In this document: positions 24,544 through 32,946 of the stretch, in pieces | Position numbering within the stretch: the stretch's first letter is position 1 | How the letters are laid out: each line of letters opens with the position of its first letter | Assembly: GCA_943372555.1 (NCBI GenBank) | Contig: CALRZB010000001.1 | Location: 1 to 33,084 of the forward strand | Direction: 5' to 3' | From: Chryseobacterium gleum | Lineage (GTDB): Bacteria; Bacteroidota; Bacteroidia; Flavobacteriales_D; Sanyastnellaceae | Length of the DNA stretch: 33,084 nt | Program-made: the position numbers and the translations under genes | The notes under the pieces: model-generated | Database searches by the model: none | Told to the model about the DNA's origin: nothing | What the model saw: only the letters and a program-made list of their open reading frames with translations

Positions 24544-24804
24544 ATGAGTGCTCAATCAAAACCAACTTTTGCTTTCGAAAAAAGAAACTTTCAGCTAATG
24601 CTTATCGGCATTGGTATATTGATTCTTGGATACACATTAATGACAGGCGGCGGCTCTCCCGATCCAAACGTTTTTGATGAAGAAGCACTTTTTGGCGCAA
24701 GACGCACTACTATTCCAGCATTCATCGTAGTGGTGGGGTATGCATTTCTTATTTATGCGATTATGTACCGCAGCAAAAAATCGAGCTCTGAATTACAAAA
24801 ATAA
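24544..24804 (+). CDS. small two-TM membrane protein (DUF3098-like)
   Basis: 86 aa with two hydrophobic helices (NFQLMLIGIGILILGYTLM and IPAFIVVVGYAFLIYAIM). Its position directly upstream of uppP is the usual place for DUF3098 genes in Bacteroidota. The family assignment is from memory of that synteny. Confidence 0.5.
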   Translation: MSAQSKPTFAFEKRNFQLMLIGIGILILGYTLMTGGGSPDPNVFDEEALFGARRTTIPAFIVVVGYAFLIYAIMYRSKKSSSELQK

Positions 24805-24819
24805 TTTGGAGGATAGATT

Positions 24820-25611
24820 TTGACCCTGATCCAAGCCATCATCATTGCCATCGTAGAAGGCCTTACAGAATTTCTACCTGTGTCTAGCACTGGGCATATG
24901 ATTATTGCTCAAAATCTGCTTGGTGCTCCCAATGATGAATTCACCAAAATGTTCATCATCACTACGCAGTTCGCAGCAATTCTCAGCGTTGTTGTTCTCT
25001 ATTGGAAGCGCTTCTTCCAATCGATGGATTTCTATTTCAAATTACTTGTAGCCTTTATTCCTGCCGCGATTCTCGGCGTGTTACTCGACGATTATATCGA
25101 TACACTTCTCGAAAGTGTAACTGTTGTGGCCTGGACACTTCTCATCGGAGGGATTGTACTTATTTTCATTGATAAGTGGCTCAACCCATCTCGCGAAGTC
25201 GAAGTCACTTACCCAAAAGCCTTTAAAATCGGACTATTCCAGTGCATCGCAATGATTCCCGGAGTTTCTCGATCTGCTGCCTCTATCATTGGCGGCATGA
25301 CACAAGGATTGACGCGCAAACAGGCCGCAGAATTCTCTTTCTTCTTGGCTGTGCCTACAATGTTCGGCGCATCGGTTTTAAAGCTCTACAAGGGCCTTAA
25401 AAACTCTCCAGATGTATTTACTTCGGATAATATCTCCATCCTCGTAGTAGGAAACATTGTGGCATTTGTTGTTGCCGTCATCGCAATCAAAGGATTTATT
25501 TCTATTCTCAATAAATACGGTTTCAAAGGATTCGGATACTATCGCATTATCCTTGGTGCTGTATTGCTCATTCTCCTCGCAAAAGGAGTGGAATTGCAAT
25601 TGATCGATTAA
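24820..25611 (+). CDS. uppP: undecaprenyl-diphosphate phosphatase
   Basis: It contains the BacA/UppP motif [14 protein letters not shown] and the second motif [13 protein letters not shown]. It is 263 aa with a TTG start at 24820. Confidence 0.92.
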   Translation: MTLIQAIIIAIVEGLTEFLPVSSTGHMIIAQNLLGAPNDEFTKMFIITTQFAAILSVVVLYWKRFFQSMDFYFKLLVAFIPAAILGVLLDDYIDTLLESVTVVAWTLLIGGIVLIFIDKWLNPSREVEVTYPKAFKIGLFQCIAMIPGVSRSAASIIGGMTQGLTRKQAAEFSFFLAVPTMFGASVLKLYKGLKNSPDVFTSDNISILVVGNIVAFVVAVIAIKGFISILNKYGFKGFGYYRIILGAVLLILLAKGVELQLID

Positions 25612-25622
25612 GATCATCCAAC

Positions 25623-26387
25623 ATGAAAAAGCCACTTACAGCTACCATCATTACTTTCAACGAAGAAAGAAATATCGAACGCTGTCTGCTTTCACTTCAA
25701 GGCGTAGCCGATGAAATTGTAGTTGTAGATTCATTCTCAAAAGACAGAACACGTGAAATATGCGAACGATATAATGTGCGCTTCATTGAGAACGCTTTTG
25801 CCGGTCACATCCAACAAAAAAACTTCGCAATAGATCAATCATCCAACGATTGGATTCTCTCACTCGATGCCGATGAAGCGCTGACAGATGATTTGAAAAA
25901 ATCTATTCTCGACGTCATGAATAGCCCGCAAGGCGTGGCCTACAGATTCAATCGCCTCACTAATTATTGCGGCACTTGGGTCAAACACAGCGGATGGTAC
26001 CCCGACACAAAAGTGCGATTGGTGAATAAAAATCACGCGCGATGGACAGGAGTGAATCCGCATGATCGCCTTGATACCATTAGCGGAGAAAGCACTACGT
26101 TCATTGACGGAGATCTCCTTCATTACAGCTATTACACGAGAGAGGATCATCTAAAACAAATAGAATATTTCTCTTCCATCGCTGCAAAAGAATTGTTTGC
26201 ACAAGGAAAAAAAACAGGCTCACTTCTTATCTACTTAAAAGTGTGCGTGCAGTATTTAAAAAATATTCTTTTCAAAGCAGGCTTCCTCGACGGCCGCGCT
26301 GGATGGACCATTGCGCGACTTTCAGCTTACGCTACATATCGCAAATACACCAAACTTCAACAACTCAACAGAGGTGAAAGTATCTAA
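25623..26387 (+). CDS. glycosyltransferase family 2 (LPS-core-type, WaaE/KdtX-like)
   Basis: It contains TATIITFNEERNIERCL, VVVDSFSKDRT and the LSLDADE (DxD) motif. It is 254 aa. Confidence 0.85.
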   Translation: MKKPLTATIITFNEERNIERCLLSLQGVADEIVVVDSFSKDRTREICERYNVRFIENAFAGHIQQKNFAIDQSSNDWILSLDADEALTDDLKKSILDVMNSPQGVAYRFNRLTNYCGTWVKHSGWYPDTKVRLVNKNHARWTGVNPHDRLDTISGESTTFIDGDLLHYSYYTREDHLKQIEYFSSIAAKELFAQGKKTGSLLIYLKVCVQYLKNILFKAGFLDGRAGWTIARLSAYATYRKYTKLQQLNRGESI

Positions 26388-27354
26388 ACATATTATCATC
26401 TCACGCACAGATAGCATAGGCGACGTCATGCTAACGCTGCCTATTTGCGGCGTGCTCAAAAAACATTTTCCCGAAATAAAAATCACATTTCTCGGAAGAT
26501 CCTATACCGAAGCCATTATCAAATCATGTAGTCACGTTGATCAATTCATCAACTGGGACAACCTTTCCAAGGAGAATGATGAAACACAAATTGCACAATT
26601 CAAAGCAATTGGTGCCGATACAATCATTCATGTTTTCCCAGATAAAGAAGTAGTTAGCCTTGCAAAAAATTCTAGAATACCCAATAGAATCGCCACTGGT
26701 AGAAGATGGCATACATTGATGAATTGCAATCACCCTGTTTTTTTCTCAAGAAAAAACTCGGACTTGCATGAGTCTCAACTCAATATCAAATTACTTCAAC
26801 CACTTGGCATAACTGACATTCCTACACTTGCTGAAATGCCTAATCTATATGGCTTTCATGCGAATGGAACTGTTCCAGAAAAACTTCTTTCTATTCTAAA
26901 TAATGGAAAGAAAAATATCATTCTCCATCCATTATCCAAAGGAAGTGCTGTCAATTGGAGCATGAGTAAATTTCAAGAGCTCGCTGCACTATTAGAAGAA
27001 AATAACTTCAATGTTTTCGTCAGCGGCACACAAGCAGAAGGTGATAAAATCAGGACGTTATTTTCATTTGAAAAAGAGAATGTTCATGATATCACAGGCA
27101 TGCTCAACCTCAATGAATTCATCGCATTCATCAGTCACTGCGATGCGTTAGTTGCGGCAAGCACCGGACCTCTGCACATCGCATCAGCATTAGGTTTGAA
27201 AGCAATAGGCCTCTACTCCCCAAAGCGCCCTATACATCCTGGACGTTGGGCACCCATCGGCAAAAACGCCCAATACCTAGTAGCTCCCTCTCATCCCGAA
27301 CAAGGTGAGTTGGAGATTTCGGCGAAGGAAGTGCGCAGAGCGCTAGAAGTGTGA
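26374..27354 (+). CDS. glycosyltransferase family 9 (LPS heptosyltransferase-like)
   Basis: The N-terminal IIISRTDSIGDVMLTLP and the C-terminal ALVAASTGPLHIASALG are GT9 hallmarks. I prefer the GTG at 26374 (a 14-bp overlap with the GT2 gene) over the track start at 26311 (a 77-bp overlap). The exact start is uncertain. Confidence 0.8.
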   Translation: MKVSKHIIISRTDSIGDVMLTLPICGVLKKHFPEIKITFLGRSYTEAIIKSCSHVDQFINWDNLSKENDETQIAQFKAIGADTIIHVFPDKEVVSLAKNSRIPNRIATGRRWHTLMNCNHPVFFSRKNSDLHESQLNIKLLQPLGITDIPTLAEMPNLYGFHANGTVPEKLLSILNNGKKNIILHPLSKGSAVNWSMSKFQELAALLEENNFNVFVSGTQAEGDKIRTLFSFEKENVHDITGMLNLNEFIAFISHCDALVAASTGPLHIASALGLKAIGLYSPKRPIHPGRWAPIGKNAQYLVAPSHPEQGELEISAKEVRRALEV

Positions 27355-27405
27355 AGTATGAAGTGTGAGGTTTGATGTAAAAGTTAACGACTGGTGACAA
27401 GTGAC
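27348..27405. repeat. Heptamer-phased array (agtgtga agtatga agtgtga ggtttga ...) ending in one 21-bp unit TAACGAC-TGGTGAC-AAGTGAC of the 9368-type repeat
   Basis: Read directly from the sequence. The first unit contains the GT9 stop codon (27352..27354). TAACGACTGGTGAC is identical to part of the 9368..9472 array. Confidence 0.8.
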
Positions 27406-27417
27406 AAATTCCATTTT

Positions 27418-29046
27418 CTATTTGTGTGAAACTCCTCGGTCCCCGAGTGTCTCGCCGCAGGCGAGATGTATCGAGGGGAAGTACCTCACCAAAAACGAAC
27501 TAAAAAACGCGAAGAACATGACGCCTGCTTGGGTTTCTAGAGTGTCTTCTGTTAGACAAGAAATCAAAAACAACAAACCGAAACTCAGGTAAATCACATT
27601 GCTTCGATTTGATTTTTTGAAGAATGGATAAAGCACTAAGCCTAGAAAAATCAACCCTCCTACTGTACCGTATGTAATAAACATCGTCAAATACTGCTGA
27701 TGCGCACGGAGGCGATTGCCCTCCTCTAATTTACTATTCTGTCGAGCATACATTTCTTTAAACGAACTCTTCAAATCACCAGTTCCGACCCCTAGTATAG
27801 GATGTTCATGATAAATCGCTAAACCTGTTTTCCAAAACTCTAGTCTTTGAAAAACAGAATGACCATTCGGTGAACCGCCATTGCGATAATTATCTAGTTC
27901 AAAAAAGATACGATCAAGCCTTTTGTTTAATCCCCTTTTATCTTTTGAACAATAAGAAGTCGTTCCTTCTTCGATTAATCTAATTTCATCATCTGTTAGC
28001 TGAGCCATACCATCAGCGTCTTTTCTCAATCCCTTTGATGTCAAATACCTTGCAAGCGTGCCTTTGATTGGATTGCCTTTTCTATCAAGTGAATCGATAG
28101 GAATAGTGCTGCGACTTTCCCACGATTGCTTCAGCTCGCCCCATGCCAAATACAATAAGATGTAATTGCCGTTTTCGAGCAATTTATTTTCTGGAAAATG
28201 CTCATATCTCTCTCCACGTGAAGTGAATTCATCCAGCTTTGAAATCTCAATAGGTTCTACCGAAAAATAATCGTTATAGGCATTGTGAACGTAGTAAATA
28301 GCGCCAACTAAAACACTAAGTGAAAGCACAACGACAACTGCGCTTATCCATTTTTTTGGATGAGCGAAAACATAGCGAAACACGACTATTGCAGCCCAGA
28401 CAAACAGCATGATCACAGCGGTCATGGATTCCATGATCCATAAGAAGCCCAGGAACAATGAGGCGATAGCAGCCTCTCGCCAAGGCAAGCCACCCTTGCG
28501 GTAGGCCGAAATAGATAAAACGATAATACCGAATACCAGTAGAATACTAAATCGGATGTGGGAAATGAAAATCGAAATATCCCTGAAATTACGAACCTTA
28601 TGTGAGGTGTGTCCGAGATAAACTCTGAAACAAAAAAAGACGGCAATCAATAAAGCCGAAATAAAAACCCACATAAGGCTTTCCAACATCTTAGTGCCCA
28701 TTGGACGCATTGTAGCCACCAAGAAGGGCATAAACAATATCGGAAGCTTCATTCTAAGGTCCCAGCCGGCGAAGCCAAATTCAGAGCTCCACAGAAGTCC
28801 GAGAAGAGGTAAGAAATAGATTGCTGAAATGGCAATGTAACTGCGGTCTGATAAAAAAGGCTTGAAAAAGACACGAACCTCTTCGCCTGAATAATGTGCA
28901 TTAAGCAAATTGAGTAGCCAAGCACCCACCATCCAAAATGAACCAAACGACATGAAAAAATTAGAGAATGGCAAGGCCGCCAAAACAATGGCAAAGCCCA
29001 TCCATTGGAGTACATCCAATATTTGGTGGCGTTGGGAGGCAGTCAT
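27418..29046 (-). CDS. O-antigen ligase/polymerase-like (Wzy_C-type) polytopic membrane protein with a large soluble loop
   Basis: 542 aa. About 8 N-terminal TM helices are followed by a ~190-aa hydrophilic domain, then AHQQYLTMFITYGTVGGLIF (H..YL....G..G, typical of Wzy_C/O-antigen ligase) and terminal TM helices. It neighbours the GT9/GT2 genes. Confidence 0.7.
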   Translation of the reverse strand: MTASQRHQILDVLQWMGFAIVLAALPFSNFFMSFGSFWMVGAWLLNLLNAHYSGEEVRVFFKPFLSDRSYIAISAIYFLPLLGLLWSSEFGFAGWDLRMKLPILFMPFLVATMRPMGTKMLESLMWVFISALLIAVFFCFRVYLGHTSHKVRNFRDISIFISHIRFSILLVFGIIVLSISAYRKGGLPWREAAIASLFLGFLWIMESMTAVIMLFVWAAIVVFRYVFAHPKKWISAVVVVLSLSVLVGAIYYVHNAYNDYFSVEPIEISKLDEFTSRGERYEHFPENKLLENGNYILLYLAWGELKQSWESRSTIPIDSLDRKGNPIKGTLARYLTSKGLRKDADGMAQLTDDEIRLIEEGTTSYCSKDKRGLNKRLDRIFFELDNYRNGGSPNGHSVFQRLEFWKTGLAIYHEHPILGVGTGDLKSSFKEMYARQNSKLEEGNRLRAHQQYLTMFITYGTVGGLIFLGLVLYPFFKKSNRSNVIYLSFGLLFLISCLTEDTLETQAGVMFFAFFSSFLVRYFPSIHLACGETLGDRGVSHK

Positions 29047-29064
29047 AATGGTTAAAAGAAGTTC

Positions 29065-30747
29065 TTACTTCTTTCCACTCAATGGACCAGTAATCAATGT
29101 CGAATAATTCGAACTGAAAACTTGAAGAGCACGTTTGGTTACAGGGTCTTGAGGAAGAGAAGCTTTGAGTCTTCCATCTTGGTAATAGTACCTGGAAACG
29201 ATCTCACTCTCCAGATATTCTGTGATCTGCTTTTTAAATTTCATCAGATCTTGATTCTTATTTGGTTCAATGCGCGCAAACAATTGATCAAACTCTTTCT
29301 CAGCACCTTCATAGTACTTCTCATCTTTCGCAGCATCTTTCAATTTCTTATACAATTCTTCTGTATTCGTGTTGTATTCAAATTTTTGTTGAACAGCATA
29401 GTTCACGAAATCATTGTAGTCATTGTCACTTAATCTGAATGTTGCAGCGCTATCAATCGTGCTATGCTTTGCAGCATAAATACTCGCCCAATTGAAAACA
29501 ACATAATGATTCATCAATCCCGCAAGAATATTGCTCGCATCATCGCGCTTCACCTCAACATCTGGGGAAATACCGCGACCGTCAAATACTGTTCTTCCAT
29601 TCTTTGTTTTAAATGGTTTAATCAACGAATCACTCACCGCTTTTACTGTGCCTGTTTGATCATCACGATGCGAATAATCCAATCGCTGAATACAACGACC
29701 ACTTGGAGTGTAGTACTTCGCAACAGTCAATTTCATTTTTGAATTGTAAGCCAAATCTTTCGTTTGTTGCACAAGACCTTTTCCATAAGACTCTTCACCT
29801 AGCACCACTGCTCTGTCCAAATCTTGCAAGCTACCGCTCACAATCTCTGATGCAGATGCAGACATACCGTCCACCAAAACAATCAATGGAATCTGTGTGT
29901 CCAAAGGCTCGTTCAGCGCAGTATACGTTTTATTCCACTCCTCAATCTTTCCCTTCGTTCTCACAATCTCAGTGCCCTTTGGAACAAAGAAGTTCACGAT
30001 GTTTATCGCTTCGCGAAGCAATCCACCTCCATTTCCTCTAAGGTCGAGCACACATTGCGACATGTTCTTCTTCTTCAAATCTGTAAACGCTGCGCGCACT
30101 TCTGCGCTTGCTGTTTGCGTAAATCCATCGAGTTTGATATAGCCAGTTTTGCCATCTTCTATCATAGCGAAATAAGGCACGTCTTTCATTTTAATTTCTT
30201 CACGTGTCACCTTCACATTCACCGGCGCTGGATCGCCCACACGTGTGATGGTGAGTTCAACAACAGAACCTGGTTGACCCATCAAAAGATCGGTAATGTC
30301 TTCGTAGTTTTTTCCTTCTACAGATTTACCCGCCACTTTAGTGATCACATCTCCTGCTTTCAATCCCGCTTTCACTGCTGCAAAACCTTGGAAGGTTTCC
30401 ATGATAGTAATCTTCCCATCAATTGTACCCACAGACGCTACAATGCCACCGTACTGGCCAGTTTGCATAAATATCGCATCCTCGATTTTCGACTCAGGAT
30501 AATATACCGTATACGGATCAAGTGAGCGCAACATGGCGTCAATTCCCGTTTTCATCAAGGTGCCTGGCTTTGTGTCATCTACATAATAGATGTTCAACTC
30601 TTTGTAAAGAGATGTGAAAATTTCTAGGTTTTTTGAAATCTCAAAATACTCATCGGTTAAAACAGTAGCCGAGCTCAACACCGCGATTAGCAATGCAGAA
30701 GCAATCCATGTCTTTGGTTTTTTGAGAAGTGATTTTATTCTTTTCAT
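29065..30747 (-). CDS. S41-family carboxyl-terminal processing peptidase (PDZ-containing), paralog 2
   Basis: The PDZ segment is AAVKAGLKAGDVITKVAGKSV. The S41 core is LDLRGNGGGLL...DGMSASASEIVSG...SYGKGLVQ...YYTPSGRCIQ (Ser/Lys dyad context). Its ATG overlaps the rnpA stop (ATGA). Confidence 0.9.
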   Translation of the reverse strand: MKRIKSLLKKPKTWIASALLIAVLSSATVLTDEYFEISKNLEIFTSLYKELNIYYVDDTKPGTLMKTGIDAMLRSLDPYTVYYPESKIEDAIFMQTGQYGGIVASVGTIDGKITIMETFQGFAAVKAGLKAGDVITKVAGKSVEGKNYEDITDLLMGQPGSVVELTITRVGDPAPVNVKVTREEIKMKDVPYFAMIEDGKTGYIKLDGFTQTASAEVRAAFTDLKKKNMSQCVLDLRGNGGGLLREAINIVNFFVPKGTEIVRTKGKIEEWNKTYTALNEPLDTQIPLIVLVDGMSASASEIVSGSLQDLDRAVVLGEESYGKGLVQQTKDLAYNSKMKLTVAKYYTPSGRCIQRLDYSHRDDQTGTVKAVSDSLIKPFKTKNGRTVFDGRGISPDVEVKRDDASNILAGLMNHYVVFNWASIYAAKHSTIDSAATFRLSDNDYNDFVNYAVQQKFEYNTNTEELYKKLKDAAKDEKYYEGAEKEFDQLFARIEPNKNQDLMKFKKQITEYLESEIVSRYYYQDGRLKASLPQDPVTKRALQVFSSNYSTLITGPLSGKK

Positions 30748-31196
30748 ACTTTTCCGGAAGAATCAGTTTTGTCAAATTGAGCGTTGAATCTTTTGAGTAA
30801 TTCAAATATTTTGCCGTGAACGTAAGCGCTGTTTGGCTGCTGACGTCCAGTAAAAATAAATAGAAAGGCCGCCTGCTTTTTCTGCTCCGTGAGCGAAGAA
30901 TAAACAATGTGCTTCTGCTTTCTATAGGCTTCACGAAGAAGTCTTTTCACTCTATTGCGATCATGCGCACGTTTGAAAATACGCTTGCTCACCGTAAACA
31001 ACGCCTGCGCAGGAAAGGTCTCGGGCAATTCCGTGAAGTGATACACCATCACAATGGCCGGCGTTTTCACGCTCATTCCATTCTTATGGGTATCCTCGAT
31101 GAGCTTTTTTCTAGTGAGTCTTTCTTCTTTGCGAAGCGTCTCACGAGTCAAATCCCACGACTTCTTTTCTACATCAGATGTTTCGTTCAAACTCAA
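30744..31196 (-). CDS. rnpA: ribonuclease P protein component
   Basis: It contains the RNR-type motif FTVSKRIFKRAHDRNRVKRLLREAYR, preceded by EERLTRKKLIEDTHKNG. The longest ORF starts with TTG at 31196, so the exact start is uncertain. Confidence 0.85.
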   Translation of the reverse strand: MSLNETSDVEKKSWDLTRETLRKEERLTRKKLIEDTHKNGMSVKTPAIVMVYHFTELPETFPAQALFTVSKRIFKRAHDRNRVKRLLREAYRKQKHIVYSSLTEQKKQAAFLFIFTGRQQPNSAYVHGKIFELLKRFNAQFDKTDSSGKV

Positions 31197-31201
31197 TTCA
31201 C

Positions 31202-32866
31202 CTAGTGTTTGTTCTGAGCAATTTTAACAGATCCTTTCGAAACCTCCATTGCTTTTTTGAAGTCCTTGTCTGATTCCAAAAGAACTTGATACATCGTATT
31301 GTCATCATACAGGTGCCTCGCCAATTGAGCCTTCACTCTGTTTTTCAATTCAGCCGAAAGCTTTTTCTGATTGGCCGAAGTCACTGCAATTCCTTCTGCT
31401 TTTGCCATGCCCAACAATTCTGTTACCATCGCATCGCTCACTTGGAATTTCTTCACAAACTCTTTACCGTCCTTGTATTTTTCAAACTCTTTGCGTTTTA
31501 CATCAATGTAATTGAATGAATACTGACGAATAATTCCGGTATAAGTCAATTCTCCAAGAATCGCATTCAAATACGTTGAATCTAGTGGTACAAAAACATC
31601 TGGTGTAATACCTCCACCGCCATATACCACGCGGCCTCCAGGAGTAACAAACTTCAATGAATCAGGGTAGTGCGTGCTATCAGCCACGGTCAATTCTCCA
31701 TTTACAAGACGGTTGTGAAAATCTCCTGCGTAATCAATGGAGTCGCCGTAAGGCTTCTGAATACACCTTCCTGTTGGCGTGTAATAACGCGCCACAGTAA
31801 GTCGCAAAGCACTTCTATCTGGAAGTTCTACCTCATGTTGAACCAAGCCTTTACCAAATGAGCGGCGACCCACTGTAGTCGAACGATCCCAATCTTGCAA
31901 TGCACCGGCAACGATTTCACTTGCTGATGCAGAACCTTGGTCGATCAATACCACTACCTCCATATTGATAAATTCACCGCGCTTCGATGATTTGATAATT
32001 TCTTTTTTAGAATGTCTTCCTTCGGTATAAACAATAGTTTTATCTTTTGGTAAAAACTCTTCGATCATTTGAGTTGCTTGATCCAATAGTCCACCGCCAT
32101 TGCCGCGTAGATCAAGTACAAGCTTTTTACAACCTTTGTTTTCTAATGTTTTTGTCGCCTCATAAAACTCATCGTACGTAGTTTGAGCGAAGCGTTCTAC
32201 TTTCACATAACCGGTAGTATCATTCACCATGAAAGATGCAGAAACACTTTCGATTGGAATGCTTCCACGTGTGATGGTGAATGGCAAACTCTTTTCATTT
32301 CCGCGACGTGCCACGGCTACTACCACCTCAGAACCACCTTTGCCTTTCAATAATTTTTGTGCTTTATCGCTATCCAATTCTTTTCCAGAAATGGCTTTGC
32401 CTTCTACCTCAACAATTCTGTCTCCCGCTTTCAATCCGGCCTTTTCAGAAGGTCCACCTGGAACAGTTTTTACCACCACGAGAGAATCTTTGTAAATCAT
32501 AAACTCCACACCGATGCCTTCAAACTTGCCTTCAAGCTGCTCTTGCGCTTGTGCCAAATCTTCTGGATCCATGTAGTAACTATGTGGGTCGAGATTTTTT
32601 AGGATACTTCCGATGGCATCGTCAATCAATTTTTTCTTGTCAACGCTATCCACGTAATGGTCCTCGATGTAATCGATGAGACTCACCAGCTTGTTCGGAT
32701 TTTCTTCCGTTCCAGTCTTTACTTGAAAGAGATTTCGGTCACCCAGATTGGTCCCGATAAACATTCCAACAATTAAAGTTCCTGCAAAAAATAATGGTTG
32801 CAGTGCAGATGGCTTGCGGTTGGCAGCCTCTGTGGTTTCAAATTTCTCCAGACTTTCGTTCTTCAT
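31202..32866 (-). CDS. S41-family carboxyl-terminal processing peptidase (PDZ-containing), paralog 1
   Basis: The N-terminal anchor is LQPLFFAGTLIVGMFIG. The PDZ segment is SEKAGLKAGDRIVEVEGKAI. The S41 core is LDLRGNGGGLL...DQGSASASEIVAGALQD...SFGKGLVQ...YYTPTGRCIQ. Confidence 0.9.
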   Translation of the reverse strand: MKNESLEKFETTEAANRKPSALQPLFFAGTLIVGMFIGTNLGDRNLFQVKTGTEENPNKLVSLIDYIEDHYVDSVDKKKLIDDAIGSILKNLDPHSYYMDPEDLAQAQEQLEGKFEGIGVEFMIYKDSLVVVKTVPGGPSEKAGLKAGDRIVEVEGKAISGKELDSDKAQKLLKGKGGSEVVVAVARRGNEKSLPFTITRGSIPIESVSASFMVNDTTGYVKVERFAQTTYDEFYEATKTLENKGCKKLVLDLRGNGGGLLDQATQMIEEFLPKDKTIVYTEGRHSKKEIIKSSKRGEFINMEVVVLIDQGSASASEIVAGALQDWDRSTTVGRRSFGKGLVQHEVELPDRSALRLTVARYYTPTGRCIQKPYGDSIDYAGDFHNRLVNGELTVADSTHYPDSLKFVTPGGRVVYGGGGITPDVFVPLDSTYLNAILGELTYTGIIRQYSFNYIDVKRKEFEKYKDGKEFVKKFQVSDAMVTELLGMAKAEGIAVTSANQKKLSAELKNRVKAQLARHLYDDNTMYQVLLESDKDFKKAMEVSKGSVKIAQNKH

Positions 32867-32893
32867 GTGCTATGCGCCGATAGGCTTCGGCAA

Positions 32894-32932
32894 GATACAC
32901 GCAAATTAAACGCTTAAACGCCCGCGTGTATC
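32894..32932. other. 9-bp perfect inverted repeat GATACACGC/GCGTGTATC enclosing a tandem TTAAACGC x2; intergenic structured element between the dCMP deaminase and S41 genes
   Basis: Read directly from the sequence: the arms are 32894..32902 and 32924..32932, and the tandem octamer is at 32906..32921. A second small hairpin, gccga-taggct-tcggc, lies at about 32870..32890. Confidence 0.4.
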
Positions 32933-32946
32933 AATATTTGGAAAAA

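Noticed and set aside
26311-26387. The 77-bp overlap between the GT2 and GT9 ORFs, as a possible programmed frameshift or fusion
   Set aside because: An in-frame GTG at 26374, just before the conserved GT9 N-terminus (KHIIISRTDSIGD), reduces the overlap to 14 bp. That is an ordinary coupled-gene arrangement. There is no slippery sequence.
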